Source: Lama glama (Eukaryota). Taken from it: a DNA stretch of 64,000 nt. The notes under the pieces were generated by a model that searched no databases, was not told where the DNA came from, and saw only the letters and a program-made list of their open reading frames with translations. Of the stretch, positions 48,746-61,843 are shown piece by piece. The position numbers and the translations under genes were made by a program. The DNA is taken from assembly GCA_028534125.1 (NCBI GenBank), contig CM052832.1, positions 34,658,001 through 34,722,000 on the forward strand, given 5' to 3'. The first letter of the stretch is position 1, and every line of letters starts with the position of its first letter.

Positions 48746-51700
48746 AACCTAAAGGAAGGTAAACTCTGAAAAAATTAGTCTGGCCACACTTTTGAAGGCC
48801 ACAGACCCAACAGATGGCAATGGCTGACTTGAAACTGCTTTGGGACGAATGTGCCGGCATGACAACCTCACCCCCCGGCATGAGACCCCCTGCGCCGCGT
48901 CTCACCCCAGAGAAAGCGAGTGAAGGTGTCCACGTAGTTACGAACGTGGCACACACATTGTAATTACTATTTCTCCTCAGTTTAAGAGCTTCCACACAGC
49001 CAGTAACATTTCCAAGGGGAAAAAGCATGAAACAAAAGTACGTCCACGGAGAAATCACATCTGGAAAAACGCATGTGTGGCTGTGGACTAAGAACCGGAA
49101 ATCAGCATGAAACACAAAAGCAGGGAGGTTCAGGAGTGAGGCTCTGCCAGCTCTCTTTTGCACCATAACAAAATCTCCAAGAACGACTGTGTGAAGTCAT
49201 GGGAGAGAAACATAGCCCTTCGGCTGAGCCACACAAAACCCGTCAGGTCTAAACTCTGAAGTGCAGATGCATTTTCTTAACGTGCCCATTTGCCGCTGAT
49301 TCTTCCTGCACCCGCTAAATTTAGGAGACACCGCCACAAATAACAACTTCCAAGAACCCTGCGGTGCTCAATGGGGTGGGGGGGGTGCAAAGGTCAGAGC
49401 GGAGGGACAAGATTGAGCCCTTGGTTTGATTTTGTGAGAAAAAAATGCAAATGAGAGCCCGCTAGCACCTGCTGGCTTCTTTCAGGTTAGTCAAAAAATG
49501 ACATCCATCTGACTTGTCAGGTCAGCAGGTGGAGAACCCAAATGCTTATTTTGGCTCAAACTACTTTTGCCAAAGTGGGCACAGTCAGCATGCCGGCCTT
49601 CTCGGGCCACGGGGCGGCAGCCAGGCACCACCCGCTCCAGCCCACCGCCCACTCCCCTTCCTTCCATTTCCACTGCCTGGGGGCCGGCTGCGTGCCTGAC
49701 ACGGCTCACAAACACTGGCCAGTTGCAGCGATCTCCCCAAACCAGGCAGTTCCACAGCGCGGCCTGGCGCGCGGCTATGCTGCACCACACGTCAAGACTC
49801 AGTGCCCAGAAACCACCGTCCTGAGGAACCAGCGTAGGTGGGCACCTCAGGAGCACTGCACAGATCCTGCTCGTGAGAGGTACAAAGGCAGACTTTTATC
49901 TGATCCTGCCTCTCAGCTACTGAAACCCGTCCCATCTGCAGAGTAAAGAAGACCCTCTCCGAAGTCCTTCGGCTCCCCTCCCCAGCTCCCCGAGCCCCAG
50001 GTGCCCTGGCTGCCTGCGTCTCCCTCGAAGCCCTGCACCCTCCTGCCCACCCCGCCCCGGGGCACTCTTCCCCCCTTCAGGAGTCCTCTGGCGACGCCGG
50101 CTGCTCCTCTGACTGCCCACCAGACCCGGCACCGGGGCCCCAGCACAAGCGACACAAGTGCTGGGGAACGGCCAGCCTCTCCCGTGGGCCCCAAGGCCTT
50201 CCATGCTGAGGGCCCGTCTTAGTCATCTTTCCTCAGCATCCCAGCACCTCTCTTCAGAGACTAGCGATGAATGGTCGCTACGTGAAGGAAGGGAGACCCA
50301 TTTCTAGAATCTTGAGTTCCAGCGTGCCCAAGAGCACCGTGCCCAGCCGGCAGAGGCCCCCGCGGTTCGGCAGGCCAGGCCGAGCAGTCTTAAACAGCAA
50401 CACCTCCACTTGCAGTTCACTCCAGGCTCTAAACTGTCTCAGCAGGAGGCTGTGCTGGTCTCACTAGCAGTGGAAAATTACCACTAAGGTGGAGGTAGGC
50501 CAGATGCTCAGAAGTTTTTCAGGACTGCCTGCACTGGGGACCCCCAAGCTTCAGGCCCAGCACAGGCTCCTGGCATGTGCAGCCCAGCTGTGCTCCCTGT
50601 CACCTGCCGTGAGACAGAGGTGACAGACTGAAGCCCCTGTCCACCTGCATGGCGCCTGCAGCCCCTTTCACAGCAGAGTGCTGCCTCGAACCTTTAGGGC
50701 CAAGGGCCGAACCTACTCCCCACCTGGCCCTTGACAGGTGCGCTGAGCCCTGGTCGGACAGCGGCGCTTCGCAGAGTCGGTCTGATGGCCTGGAGCTCGC
50801 CAGCACACCACACGTCCCACTTCTCTCCGCGTGTCGGAGATGTCTGAGACAGCCTGGGATCGCTGGGTTCCAGACCAGGCCTCCTGCCCAGCTCCCTTCT
50901 TCACCCCGACGAGAGAGGGACAAGTGAATTTCCCTCTTTCCCAGGACTTTTTCAAACAAGGAGATTAGATGCGACCTGTGAAACACTGAGCAGCTGGAGG
51001 GCCTGATAAAGGGCCAGCACAGACCAGGCTGCGTGGGCGCCTGGAGGGCCACGCTCCCGCCTGGTCTGCCACTCGCCTGGGCCCCGCCCTCACCCTCCAG
51101 GCAGGAAGGGCCGCTCACTCGTAAATCCAGCTCCCTTCTCGAGAGCGCAGCCTTGTCTGGCACGACACGGTGGCCCCTTCTGCAGGTTACTGAGCAGGTG
51201 GGCCTCAGACTCTCGCTTACAGTGGAGTGAGACCCCTGCAGGGCTTGGGCACCTGAGAAGCTCTCTGAGCAGCGTGCCCGGTTCCTCAGGACCCGACGCC
51301 GCATCCTCCACGCGGGACCAGACCGAACACTGACTCAGAGCTGGACGCTTCTTCCTGGGAAGCTGGCCAGTCCTGCGTGGGTGGGGTCGGGGTCGGGTCA
51401 GGGTCAGGACACACAAAGGCGGGATGTGGTAAAGGCCCGTACGTGAGCCGCACAAGAAGGGCACGAGCTGAGGGCAGCGGGAAAGCGCGGGGGCAGGAGT
51501 GGAGGGAGCAGACAGAGGCTGTGAAGGAAGCGTGTTCTCCACGGGCCAGGTGAGCGGCTGGTCAGAGATCGCACCGGATGTGCCTGGCTCATAGGTCACT
51601 TGTGAACCATGGTCTGGGTGCCAACCCCCACGTATGACAGGAGAGGGGCGTTTTCCTTGCGCTGCTCTGCTTGTGGGCTAGTCAGGGTCCCGGGCCTCCC

Positions 51701-54186
51701 TTGGAGGGGCAACACTTCACCAAGCCCTCCCTCCCCGACAGCTGCTGCTGAACGCAAGCTGAGGGCTATTTTTATTTTGACAGCTGCATCCTCTCGCAAG
51801 AGGCACAGAAGGAAGAGCCCCTGTGGGGAGGTCAGCGGTCCCTCGCTCTGGGGGGGGGGTGCCTGGTGGAGCAGTCCCTGCGGCACCGCTGGGGACGCAG
51901 CAGCAGGACAGGCTCCCATCAGAGCCGCTGGGAAGCCCTGGGCTCAGGAGCACCAGGGAGACGAGGCAAACCTTTGGGAACGCTGTTCCTGCTCCGCCAG
52001 CCAGGGCTCAGGGGCTCTGCCATGCGGTCTGAACTAACAGTCTCTCGGGGCAGATCTGGGAGCGTCTTCCCCTGGAGGCTGTGGGGCTGGTCTCTCGGAC
52101 AACGGCTTTCACCGAACAGGGAAATTCCAGTCGGACCAGCCCCCCCACCACCAGGCCACGACGAGTACCATCCAGAATGGCCTCTAACTGCCCTGGTCGG
52201 GAACAGTTTCCAAGACCAGAGGGCTCAAGCCAAGGTCTGGGCACCACTCTGTGTCCGAGATGCTCCGAGTGATCACGCCACGTGGGGAAGCCGTCCCTCT
52301 GCAGCCGTTTGGATGACGAGGGGGAGGCCTCTCCTTCCTCTGCTCTGCATGCACAACCTTCCCTTAACTGGAAAACGCCTGGGAAGCAAACACCACGTCC
52401 ACAGTTGGCCCTCAGAAGGAGGCTCCCTCTCAGACTCCAGGTGCGTCTGCCTCCTCACCTCTGCCCGGGGCTGCAGCAGCCATGGCCCAGCCCCGACCTT
52501 CACCTCCCTCCACTCGAGACCCCCTGGAAGAGAGGGCAGAGCTGGCCGGAGGTGCCCTGCTCAGTCATGAGTGTTGGAACACCTGTGCTGGCCGTGGTGA
52601 AGACTGAAAGGAGAGAAAGGGGCTCTCAATCCAGACCTGGGGCCGGACACCCACCTCTGCCCCGCCTCACACAGAGATGTCCCAGGGCTCAGACCCGAGG
52701 GGGAAGCACTTCCAGGGATGTGGGCCCGACCTCAGCTGCGCCACTGCCCCACCCCCAGCTTGTGAAGTCAGGTTGGGGCGCTCCCTTGCAGGTGTGGCAG
52801 GCACGGGGTCCACCTGCAGCGCCTACCAGGTACTGAGTTATTAGGAGCACCTAAAAATGGCAAATTTGCGTAAACCAGGCTACATTTAAGTGGCTAAATT
52901 TTCCTGTGGCTAAAAACAACAGTGCCAGTAGAGTCGTTTAACTCTGCTTTAGGTTTTAACCAACTAACCACCTTTAGCTTCTCATTCAAATTGGTGACTG
53001 CAGACTCCAAGGCCATTCACCCAAGGAGCCTGCAACCCCTCCAGTGCCCGTGGGCCAGACACCCGTCACCAGTGGGGTCCCTGCTGGCCTATAGCCACAC
53101 GCTGTGCTGTCCTGACCTGGGACCAGAAACACATCTACTCTTCCTTGTGGTTCCTGCAAACAAGGCTCCTCTTCCCTTTTAAACTCCTTAGCAAAACTGC
53201 ATCCCCCGCTGAAGCCTTCCCGGTTTGCTCCTATGCCTCTCCCCCTTTCCAGGATCCACAGGACCCAACACACTCACGCACAAGAGCCTCCTCGTTCAGG
53301 GCTGATGGCCAGAGGACTGCACGGACCCCGAGCCCCTCCCCTCCAACTCCTCTGCATCCTGCGGTGCCGCTGCAGGACCACTTTGTGGAAGTGACTCTTC
53401 CGATTACAGAAAAAAAAACCCAGTTCAGTCCCTCACAATTTCTGCCCAGGATTACTGCAAGAGCTCCCCAGCAGTCTCCTTGGTGCCCCCTCCCTCACTC
53501 CATCCCATCCCCCAGTCGGCACCCTGGAAAAGGAACCTGAGCGTGTCACCTGGCTGTTCGTGAACCTTTGCTGAGTCTCTGCTTCACACGAGGGCAAGCT
53601 CGGACTCCCCGCCTTGGCGAGCAGAACCTAGTCTTCCCTGAGCCTCCTCGCCCAGCCCAGCTCCCTGCAGACCTGCTCTGCAGAGCCTCACCCGGCGGGG
53701 CTCGCCCTGCGCTGTGTACGGCCGGTGCCTCTGACACCCCGTGCCCCCACTTCCGCTCCAGCTGCCCTTTTGTGCCACCGCTCCCCAGCAAGCCCTGCCA
53801 TCCTTCAGGGTCACTCCACGGGGTCGACTCCTTGGCGAGGCCTGGCTGACCCCACGGGGCTGGCCACTTTCTCCTGGGCGCCCCGGGCCCCCTGCCCTGC
53901 CACGCATTCACAGCTCTGAACCGCTGCAAGGGTCTCGTGCCTGCCTCCTCCCGAGCTGGGCCACCTCTTGCTTCTCTTTGTGTTTTGTCCCCAGTCCCTC
54001 CTGCAAGGTGGGCACTCAATTAACATCTGCTGAAGCTGAAGGAATAACTCCCAACTTAGCCAAAAGGAGAACTGAAGGTGGCACCACCCTCACCCCGCGC
54101 TGCTGGCCACCCTCTTTGCTACACCCAGCCCCATCCACATGTCCTGCGGCCCAGGGCTTATTTCCCCGTTCCCAAGCGGCCCGGAA

Positions 54187-54280
54187 GGGCTGGTCCGACG
54201 TGAGACAACCCCCTCCATACACACCCACACACACACACGCTGCACCAGACATGGGCTGGTCCGACGTGAGACAACCCCCT

Positions 54281-54318
<38 letters not shown>

Positions 54319-54328
54319 CACCAGACAT
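54187..54328. repeat. Two-copy tandem repeat (66 bp + 76 bp) with an internal (CA)n
   Basis: The unit gggctggtccgacgtgagacaaccccctcc-(CA)n-gctgcaccagacat occurs at 54187-54252 and 54253-54328. Confidence 0.95.
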
Positions 54329-55899
54329 GCCTCCCTGCTCCTCTCCACCTATCTCCCCACCCCCGGCCCCGGGGCACGGGGATCCTGTCCAAACTGGCGC
54401 GTGCTTCAGCACTTACGGCACTGTTGTACAGCGTGTCAGTGTGCACTGCCCCTCCAGCTGGAGCAGAGGGGCCAGGCCACATGCCACAAGCTTCTCCCGG
54501 GATCTTGGCTTGGAAACCCTGGCGGGTCTTGCCACTGGCTTGCTCCCCGTGGAGGACTGAGAGGGGCCGGACTGGGAAAGCCCGCCCAGGAGCAGCGCTC
54601 AGCACGTGTGCGCAGCGCTTCACCACGCGGGGGGGGGGGGCGGTCCGGAGAAGAGGGGCGAGGTGGGGCTCAGCAGGAGATGCTCCAGAACTGGGGCCTG
54701 GCTTTGAGCAGAAGCCCAGGAAGAAGAGCGCTCTGGAAAAGTCTTCACCTGCACGGAGAGGCTGGTCGGTAAGCGTGAGGACCAGAGAGACATGCAGGGA
54801 GCTCTCGAGGGCCAGGCCACAGGGAGCCTGACACAGGGCTCCTCCACCTAGAGACAAAGAGCGACTGCCTTCTCCTCTGGGCCCAGTGCAGTCCTGGAGG
54901 GTCTCAGGCTCTCTGTCCAGCCGTGCTGGAGTCTGGCTTCAGAGCCAGGTGGAGCTGCCTGCCGTCTTTGTATTTGACTGCCCACACAGGGAACTCACAC
55001 GCAGCTGGATTCAAGAAAGAGCGATTACTAGACAGTTTTCGACACCTACCATAATCATTTCTATTTGAGTCATTTCTATTTAAGTCTGGGGTTGGCTTCA
55101 AACAAATTTACCTCAACGCATGAAAGCTGCAAGCCTTGGGTACAGTAGGTGCCACCGATATTCGGGTTGCGTCAAAGACTTTACTAGAGAGGTGGAAACA
55201 ACTGTCAACCCGAAAACTGCTCCAGGTCAAACAATGATTTGTTTTCAAAGGCCCCGGATCTCATGAGCAGTCACGACAGCGGGGACTTTTCTGTAAGGCC
55301 AGTGCGGCAACCGACCTCGCCCTCACTGGAAACAGGGGCCAATCCCAGCAGGAGTCCCACCACAGCTTCACGCTGCAGCTGGGATCTGTGAACCCCAGAG
55401 AAGGATACAAACTCATTCAACGGAAACAGCCCAGCAGAAGCAGAACATAACTGATACTGAGCATGCACACAGTTGGAAAGTGTTCAAGGGGTGCCTTCTC
55501 CCTCAAAGGTTACGACGACTGACAGAGGAGCTCTGTGCCCACTGACTGTGGCCGACAGCACACGGCACTTCTGGTGTCACACGTCCAACACAGGTCCACG
55601 GGAAATGCTGCTACCAAGCACCGGACTCATCGCAGCCAAGCCTGAGCACCCCAGTGCAACCTGCCCGTCACTTCCACAGACGCCGAGCGCGGCCACCTGC
55701 CCGCCCTCTCTCCCTACCTTCTTCACTCAAGAAGATACTATGAAGATGCTCCCACTGTAGAAAATAAATAGAGAAAAAAGTGAAACTCCTCCTTCCCGCC
55801 CTCTCCCCGCATCCTCCTCCTCTTCCCCGCTCAGGAGTCTGGCACGGCCCTTTCGGACCCTCCCCCTGTGCGTTATGCACTCAGACATGTGCACACAGA

Positions 55900-56190
55900 G
55901 ACGCACAGCTGACGTGCAACTTCACAGACACGGGATCACACTGCGGATATCACTCTGCAACTCGCTTCTTTTGCTGAGCGATTCTCCTTCTCCCGTGCAC
56001 ACATCTGATCCTTCCTCTTCTTTCTGAACCGCTGCAGGGAATTTCTCAATATGGATGTATCACAACTGACCAGTACCCTTCTGCTGAATGTGTGGGTTGG
56101 CTCAATTTTTTGCATTCCAAACACAGCAGCAGTGAACATCCTTGCCCACACTTGTGTGTGTGGGACAATTATCTTCCTTGTGCCAGGGGA
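55900..56190 (-). mobile_element. Ancient L1ME-like fragment
   Basis: ctgcaactcgcttcttttgctgagc...ttccaaacacagcagcagtgaacatccttg. ORF 55936..56325 contains the decayed ORF2 motif RMFTAAVF. Confidence 0.6.
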
Positions 56191-59100
56191 AATGTGGCTG
56201 AGAGCTCCTGTGACTTGAAGGTCACAGACAGAAGGGGCCCCAGGGTCCTGAGAGCAGAGCACTGGCACATCTCCAGATGGCAGAAAGGCAGGACCAGGGG
56301 TGACATGCCCCAGGTCTGCCTGCAAAGCCTCCAGAGGAGGACACAGGTAAGAAGGGTCTCCCTCTTGAGGCAGAACAGAATCCCGGGGCTTCGAAGGTTC
56401 TCTCAGCCTCTTGTGATCTGGCTAGAAGCTCCCTGAAATCTGAGACAATGTCTCAGCTAACTCTGCCTCCACCTCAAGCGTGCTGCCTTGGCTGCGCAAG
56501 TCTTCTTCTAACTGATCACCCACTGTCTGTGTCCTAGGTCATGCTGTCCTCCTTGCAGGACCAAGCTTCTACTGCAGATCAAAGGGCCACGGGGAGATCA
56601 AAAGGTCGCGTGGTTGCAGTAACTTAGCAGGAGGTAATGCTGAACTAGAGGCCACGTCCACTCTGCAGGGCAGGACCCCTGCACCTCGCTGACGGGGAGA
56701 CGCAGAGGGCGGCTGTGCTGCGTTAGCCAGACCTCTGGCCTCACACGTCACTGGTGATCAGTACATCGCTCTTGACGCTGCTTTTCTTTCATGCCATGAA
56801 GGGAGCCACAAGTGACCCAGGACATGACTTCCAGTTGGGAGTGGAGCGGAAATGTTCTGGGCCACGGGTTCAACAGCAGGCTCCCAGAGGGGCCCCGAGA
56901 ATCAGGCCCAGGCTGAGCGCTGGAGACACCAAAGAGCTCCAAAGTGGTGCCTGCCTGCCGTGGCCTGAGACCAGCTCAGGAGCCTGGACAGAGGCAGTGA
57001 GGCTGCAGACCATCGAGCAGAGGTCACACGCCCACTGGATGACCCCCCACAGTCTGTCACAGAGCACACGCAATTCACGACCCAACAAAGAGCACAAACC
57101 ACATGTTACAGAAAAAGGGAAGGAGTCCTGAGGTTGGTGGGTACAGCAAGTGTCCTTGTCAGAAGAAGAGCTGGGCTGAGCTTTGAAGGAGGCTGGACCT
57201 GGGTGGGCAAGAGGAGGGAGGAAGAAAGAAGCGGACAGAGGAGCACAGTTTCACCCTTTGGGTTTGGCTTCTCTGACACCTGGGAAGCCAACAGAACTTC
57301 TGAGGGTGAGAAATGGGGTGGGTGACCAGACAGACACGCGGCAGTGGACCGAGGTCCTTCCAGGAGCCCCTCGGTCTCAGCAGACCGGACCTGTCCTGGG
57401 GTATTCACCGGCATGTCTGTCTGTGCAGACACACAGACAACAGTGAGAACCAGCACCAGGAGCAGCAGACACCGACACATAAAACTAACAAAACTGAACT
57501 TGGAGCCTGGATGCCTTAAAAAAGACCTTCAGTGTTTAAGAAAATAGAAACTGAATCAGCAGAATAAATAATGACTGATGAAAACATCCTTTTCTTAAAA
57601 ATAAAAGCAAAAGCTTAAAAAGTTCTAATGTGAAAGTCACAGCTTAAAATGGGGAGAAGACCCAAGCCAGACTCGAGCTCAGACACCTGCCTGCACACAC
57701 ACGACACTCTGCCCCGAGTGTATGTGTGTCAACTCTTTTCTTCTTCTAAATCACTTAAAAGTCAAATCCCTGTGTGGCTGGCCCAGTGAAGGAATGGGAA
57801 TACTTTTTAAAGCATTTTTGTTAATAGTGAAACAGGTTTGTTTCTTGCAGGTACTCTTGTTAAATGCCCAACAACGGAACACGTGAAAAATGAAACAAAC
57901 TCTGAAATTTTTACATCAGGAAGGTAGAGTTCTGTTTATTTCTTCAGGGGAAGGGAGAAACCTTTCGTTGCTCAATATGACTACAAACAACACAGGGTTT
58001 CTGATTTGAAAAAGCACCACCTTTGTGACAGGAGTTTTCACCACGGCTCAAGTCTGGAGCAACCAGTCGGCGCCGAAGACACAGATCACAAACGGGGAAC
58101 ACCTTCAGCAGACTCATGTGATGTCCCCCGCCCAGTCCTCACCGTGGCATCAGAGGGAGGAGCTTTCCCCCCCCAAATGTTGTAATTACAGATTTGGGCT
58201 AAATTCCTATTTGAAATGCATGCGTGTGCAAAGGTTTCTCCCCCAGGCTCTGCCACTTGCTAGCAGGTGACGTAAGGGAACCTCCGGGTCTGGCTGTGCC
58301 GCCTAGCTGGCCGGGCCCCCAGGGTTCCTGGGGTCACGTGGGGCTGGTGTGACCCCGTGGAGTCGGGGCCCCCCTAAAAGTCAGGTCTTGGTCCTCTGCC
58401 ACCTCCTTCTGGCTGGAACGGCTCCAATCAGATTTTCCAAATTCCCAGTTACCTCCACAGACCTGGCACTGCAGACTGTCCAGACCCACCTGGCAGAGGA
58501 GGAAGCCCTATTCCCTGAGTGATTCCTGCCCTGAGCCTGAGCCCTTCTCCCACTGGACTATAATTACTATCAACATGTACAAAATAGCCAGAATAGGTAT
58601 CTTGTTTACACACTGACGGCTTCTTCCTGGCAGACACAGGGATGCATTCACTTTACGGCCAGCACCTGTCCCAGGGCCTGGCCTGTGGGAGGAGCTCAAA
58701 AATGAGTGAATGATCAACTCCCTGCTTTCAGACGGGAGAGCTGTCTGGACAGGGGGCTTGATGGTGCAAGGAAGGCATTCACAGCAAATAAATCAAAATA
58801 AAAGCATTGCTAATTAAAAGTAAAGATGAGCAAGACCCATGCTGATGATGGCACAGGGAGGCAGGGATTTTGATACACTGTCAGATACAAACAGCACCTT
58901 TCCAAAGTGGATGTGCCAACATCTACCGATCCTGCTACCAAATCAGAAGCATCAGTCATGCGAGGAAAGGACCAAGGCAGTGAAGCATGCTGGGAAAATC
59001 TCTGCCTTGGAAGGGAGATCTAGGTTTCCATCAAAACCAGCTGTGGGATCATGGGAATCCCCTCACGTCTCTGAGGTTCAGCTTCCTGGCCACACAGTGA

Positions 59101-59944
59101 AGGGGGTAGGCGGGTGAACTCCAGGACGCCGTGCAGCTGGGATTTCTACGTCAAACAAAGAGCAGCAGGCGTGGAAACGGGGCCAGAGCTCCTCGGGATC
59201 TCAGGTGCTAGTTTAGGGCTGACTCGGTGAGTACGAAGCCTCCTATGTTTCTGCAAAGTCCCTAAGACTCTATTCTGGAAGATCTAACCCTCAGATGCTC
59301 TTCTGAAGAGACAGCAGTTGGAGGCTTGGGCCTGTTTCCCTCCACCGACACCTTGCCCCAGGGTTCCGAGGACAAACAGACCTTGTCTCGTCCACCGAAG
59401 AAGAACCTGTGCTGTCTTGCACAGCAGCAGGGCCCACAGAACTCCCACGCGGATGTGACGGGACTGAATCCTTTCAGTCTGAGGCAGTCACTGCCTCCCC
59501 ACTTCCAGCCCAGCCCCGCCCAGCCCCGGGCTGCCCGGATAAAGCGAGGGGCCATTCGATAAATGCGCATGGCTTCGAAGACCTCAGAGAGGGAAGGAGG
59601 TCCCAGCTCTCTCCTCTCCCATCCCTTAGCCCCCCACCCTTCACGAGGGGCCCCTCATCAGGCTGGCTGCTCAGCCCTGTGCATGATCTACCCTCTCACC
59701 TTCATCCCAACCCCATTTCCCTCCAAGGACCAGGGCCAGCATAACATGGAGCTGCTGAAAGATAAAATCCATCCATTAATTCCCTACCAACTCCAAACAA
59801 ATAACTTCCCTGAGTCATCTCGGGCTGACTGAAATTAAGGCTTCTAGAACTGAATTTGAAATTTAAGAGAGACACCTGCCTTTACGCAGCAGGCAGAGGG
59901 CTCAACAAAGGTCCGGAGCTTCTGGGCCTCTGGTGAGCTCCCTC

Positions 59945-60160
59945 TGCTCCGATCACTTACGGTGAACGTGCCAGTTCACATAACTTTTCGTGCCTCAGTT
60001 TCCTCCGCTCATGTAATCAGAGAAAACCTACTGTTTTAATTTTTAAGTAAGAATATATTCCTGAATTAGTTGTAAAGTTAAAAATAAATTATGAGGGGCA
60101 ATGTTAAGGTACGTCATGCTACAGAACGGTGGTCTAACCCTCAATAAATGTGAGATCACA
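59945..60160 (+). mobile_element. MIR relic
   Basis: gtgcctcagtttcctccgctcatgtaa...gttgtaaagttaaaa...ctcaataaatgtgag. Confidence 0.7.
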
Positions 60161-61760
60161 GGAAAGTACTTATTATTAAGCAAGATAATAATAGCACACA
60201 AAGACTGAAGCAGATTGTCGCCAAGTAAATGCAGTCCCATGGGGAATAAAAAGGGACATGTGGCATGTCACTGATGGGGGGACATAGTTTACCCAGAGTC
60301 CTGAGGTTTTTACTCAAACAGTGACCTCCTTACACTGGGTCACAACCGCATCTGTTTTAGTCTCCAGACCTCGTTGCCCACGTGTAAAACAGGGGGGGTG
60401 GGACAGACAAGAGCCGGGGCTCTGTCATTCCTGACACCTGAAGGTTCTGTATCTGGACATATGTAAGGGCCACGCTCCCATGTGACAGGTGCTGCCCTGC
60501 ATGGGGCGTAACGTGGTGAGGCAGCCCGGAGGGCGAGGGTGGGAGGACGTCTATGCAGTGCTCTAAAATAAAGGAACCTCCAGCCTCACCTTGTGATTCA
60601 AGAGGAAGTCAGTCACGACCAGTCTGTGTCTGACTTCTGGTCTAGGCCGTAGCTCGGCTACATGTTAAATACAAACCACTGTTGATGGATGAAAAATGGA
60701 GTAGCTATTTTCAAGGGAACTGCTAGGCTCCCAAAAAATGATGTTTTGTTGTTGTTGTTTTCAACAAAATCATGCTGCAGCACAAATTATAGAACCTTAA
60801 CAAAAAATCATGAGCTGAAACAATAGAGGAAAGTAGAAGCTCAAAAACCTGGAGGCAGGAGTAGGGTCTGCTCACCCCCGTGGTCCTCTGCGGTTGGATG
60901 TCGGTAGAATCACTGTTATCCTGTGTTCTCACTCGCTTTACACTAGCTAAAATCCAGCAGCTCTAATGGTCATGTAAAACAGACAAATTTGAAATAAAAG
61001 TACATTACCTACTCTTGTATAATATGAATTTAATTGAAAACTGCTTGAACTAGGATGATTACTTTCAGAACAAGCCACCCCTCCGTCTCACACAGCTCAC
61101 CCTAAAACAGAAAAGCACACACATCACAACCACACTCACATGATTTTCTAAAAAGAGGTAACTTGGGGTCTGTCAAGGCTAATAAACAGAGTCACAGGTT
61201 TTGCTCCCAGCCAACAGCTCAAATCGTCCATTAGGGTAAAACTGCAGATGTGCTTGGAATCAGTGAACGGGCAGGCACACCCTGTTTACTTTAAACCCTA
61301 GACACACAAGCTTCTGCACTGACAGTCTCTGTACCAGAGCAACCCTGGAAAACCTCCAGGGACAACTGACCCTCCATTGCCTTTTATTCCCAAATGCAAA
61401 TTGCAGATAATTGAGCTTAAATGGGAGGGAAAGTCAGGAAATGTGCAGCCTGATTTCTTCTGGATTCTAAAACAGAAGGTAATTTTGAAAGGAATGAAAA
61501 TGGGTTTTAAGTTGCCATAAAATCCAGAGGGAGACACGGCCCCAGCTCACCTTTGGCATTTAGCCAGGAAAGCAAGTGAGCAACACAACAGGAGCAGTCA
61601 GAACAGGAAGGCGCCCTTCCGCCGAGCCGTGGACCAGGCAAAGGCACGCACAGAGCCAGCAGTATGGGAGCACACTGGCGTTAGCGGGGCACAGCGGCTT
61701 CACTCACGCCAAACACACCCAGGAACACAAGTGCAGACACGTGCAGCCGCCCTCCCTCAC

Positions 61761-61843
61761 CTCCAACATCGGCCTGGCGCTGTCGTGCACAGACAAAATG
61801 TGTGTCACCTTGTTTCTGCTCAGCTGCTCTGCATCTCTGGCAT
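61761..61843 (-). CDS. DUSP22: DUSP22 coding exon 3 (83 nt), (D)ARDAEQLSRNKVTHILSVHDSARPMLE
   Basis: On the minus strand the acceptor is TCTTTCTTCTGTGACAG| and the donor is GAG|GTGAGG. The exon starts in phase 1 and ends in phase 0. It is not in frame in the ORF track and was found by manual translation. Confidence 0.96.

Larger units (their letters stand above)
31174..61843 (-). other. DUSP22: DUSP22 gene body, partial (coding exons 3-8; exons 1-2 outside the window to the right)
   Basis: Spliced exons give (D)ARDAEQLSRNKVTHILSVHDSARPMLE|GVKYLCIPAADSPSQNL|TRHFRESIKFIHECRLGGEGCLVHC|LAGVSRSVTLVVAYIMTVTDFGWEDALHTVRAGRSCANPNLGFQRQLQEFEKHQVHQ|FRQWLREEYGEDP..., near-identical to DUSP22 as I recall it. 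The general-acid Asp (AADSP) and the HCLAGVSRS (HCX5R) P-loop are intact. Introns are 17914, 8254, 1979, 430 and 1602 bp. Confidence 0.97.

Noticed and set aside
54187-54328. Repeat-spacer-repeat layout resembling a CRISPR array
   Set aside because: It has two units only, the 'spacers' are CA microsatellite, it sits in a mammalian intron, and there are no cas genes.
53741-54857. 343-, 255- and 230-aa overlapping ORFs with HT/CV repeats
   Set aside because: These are translations of the (CA)n tandem duplication and G-runs.
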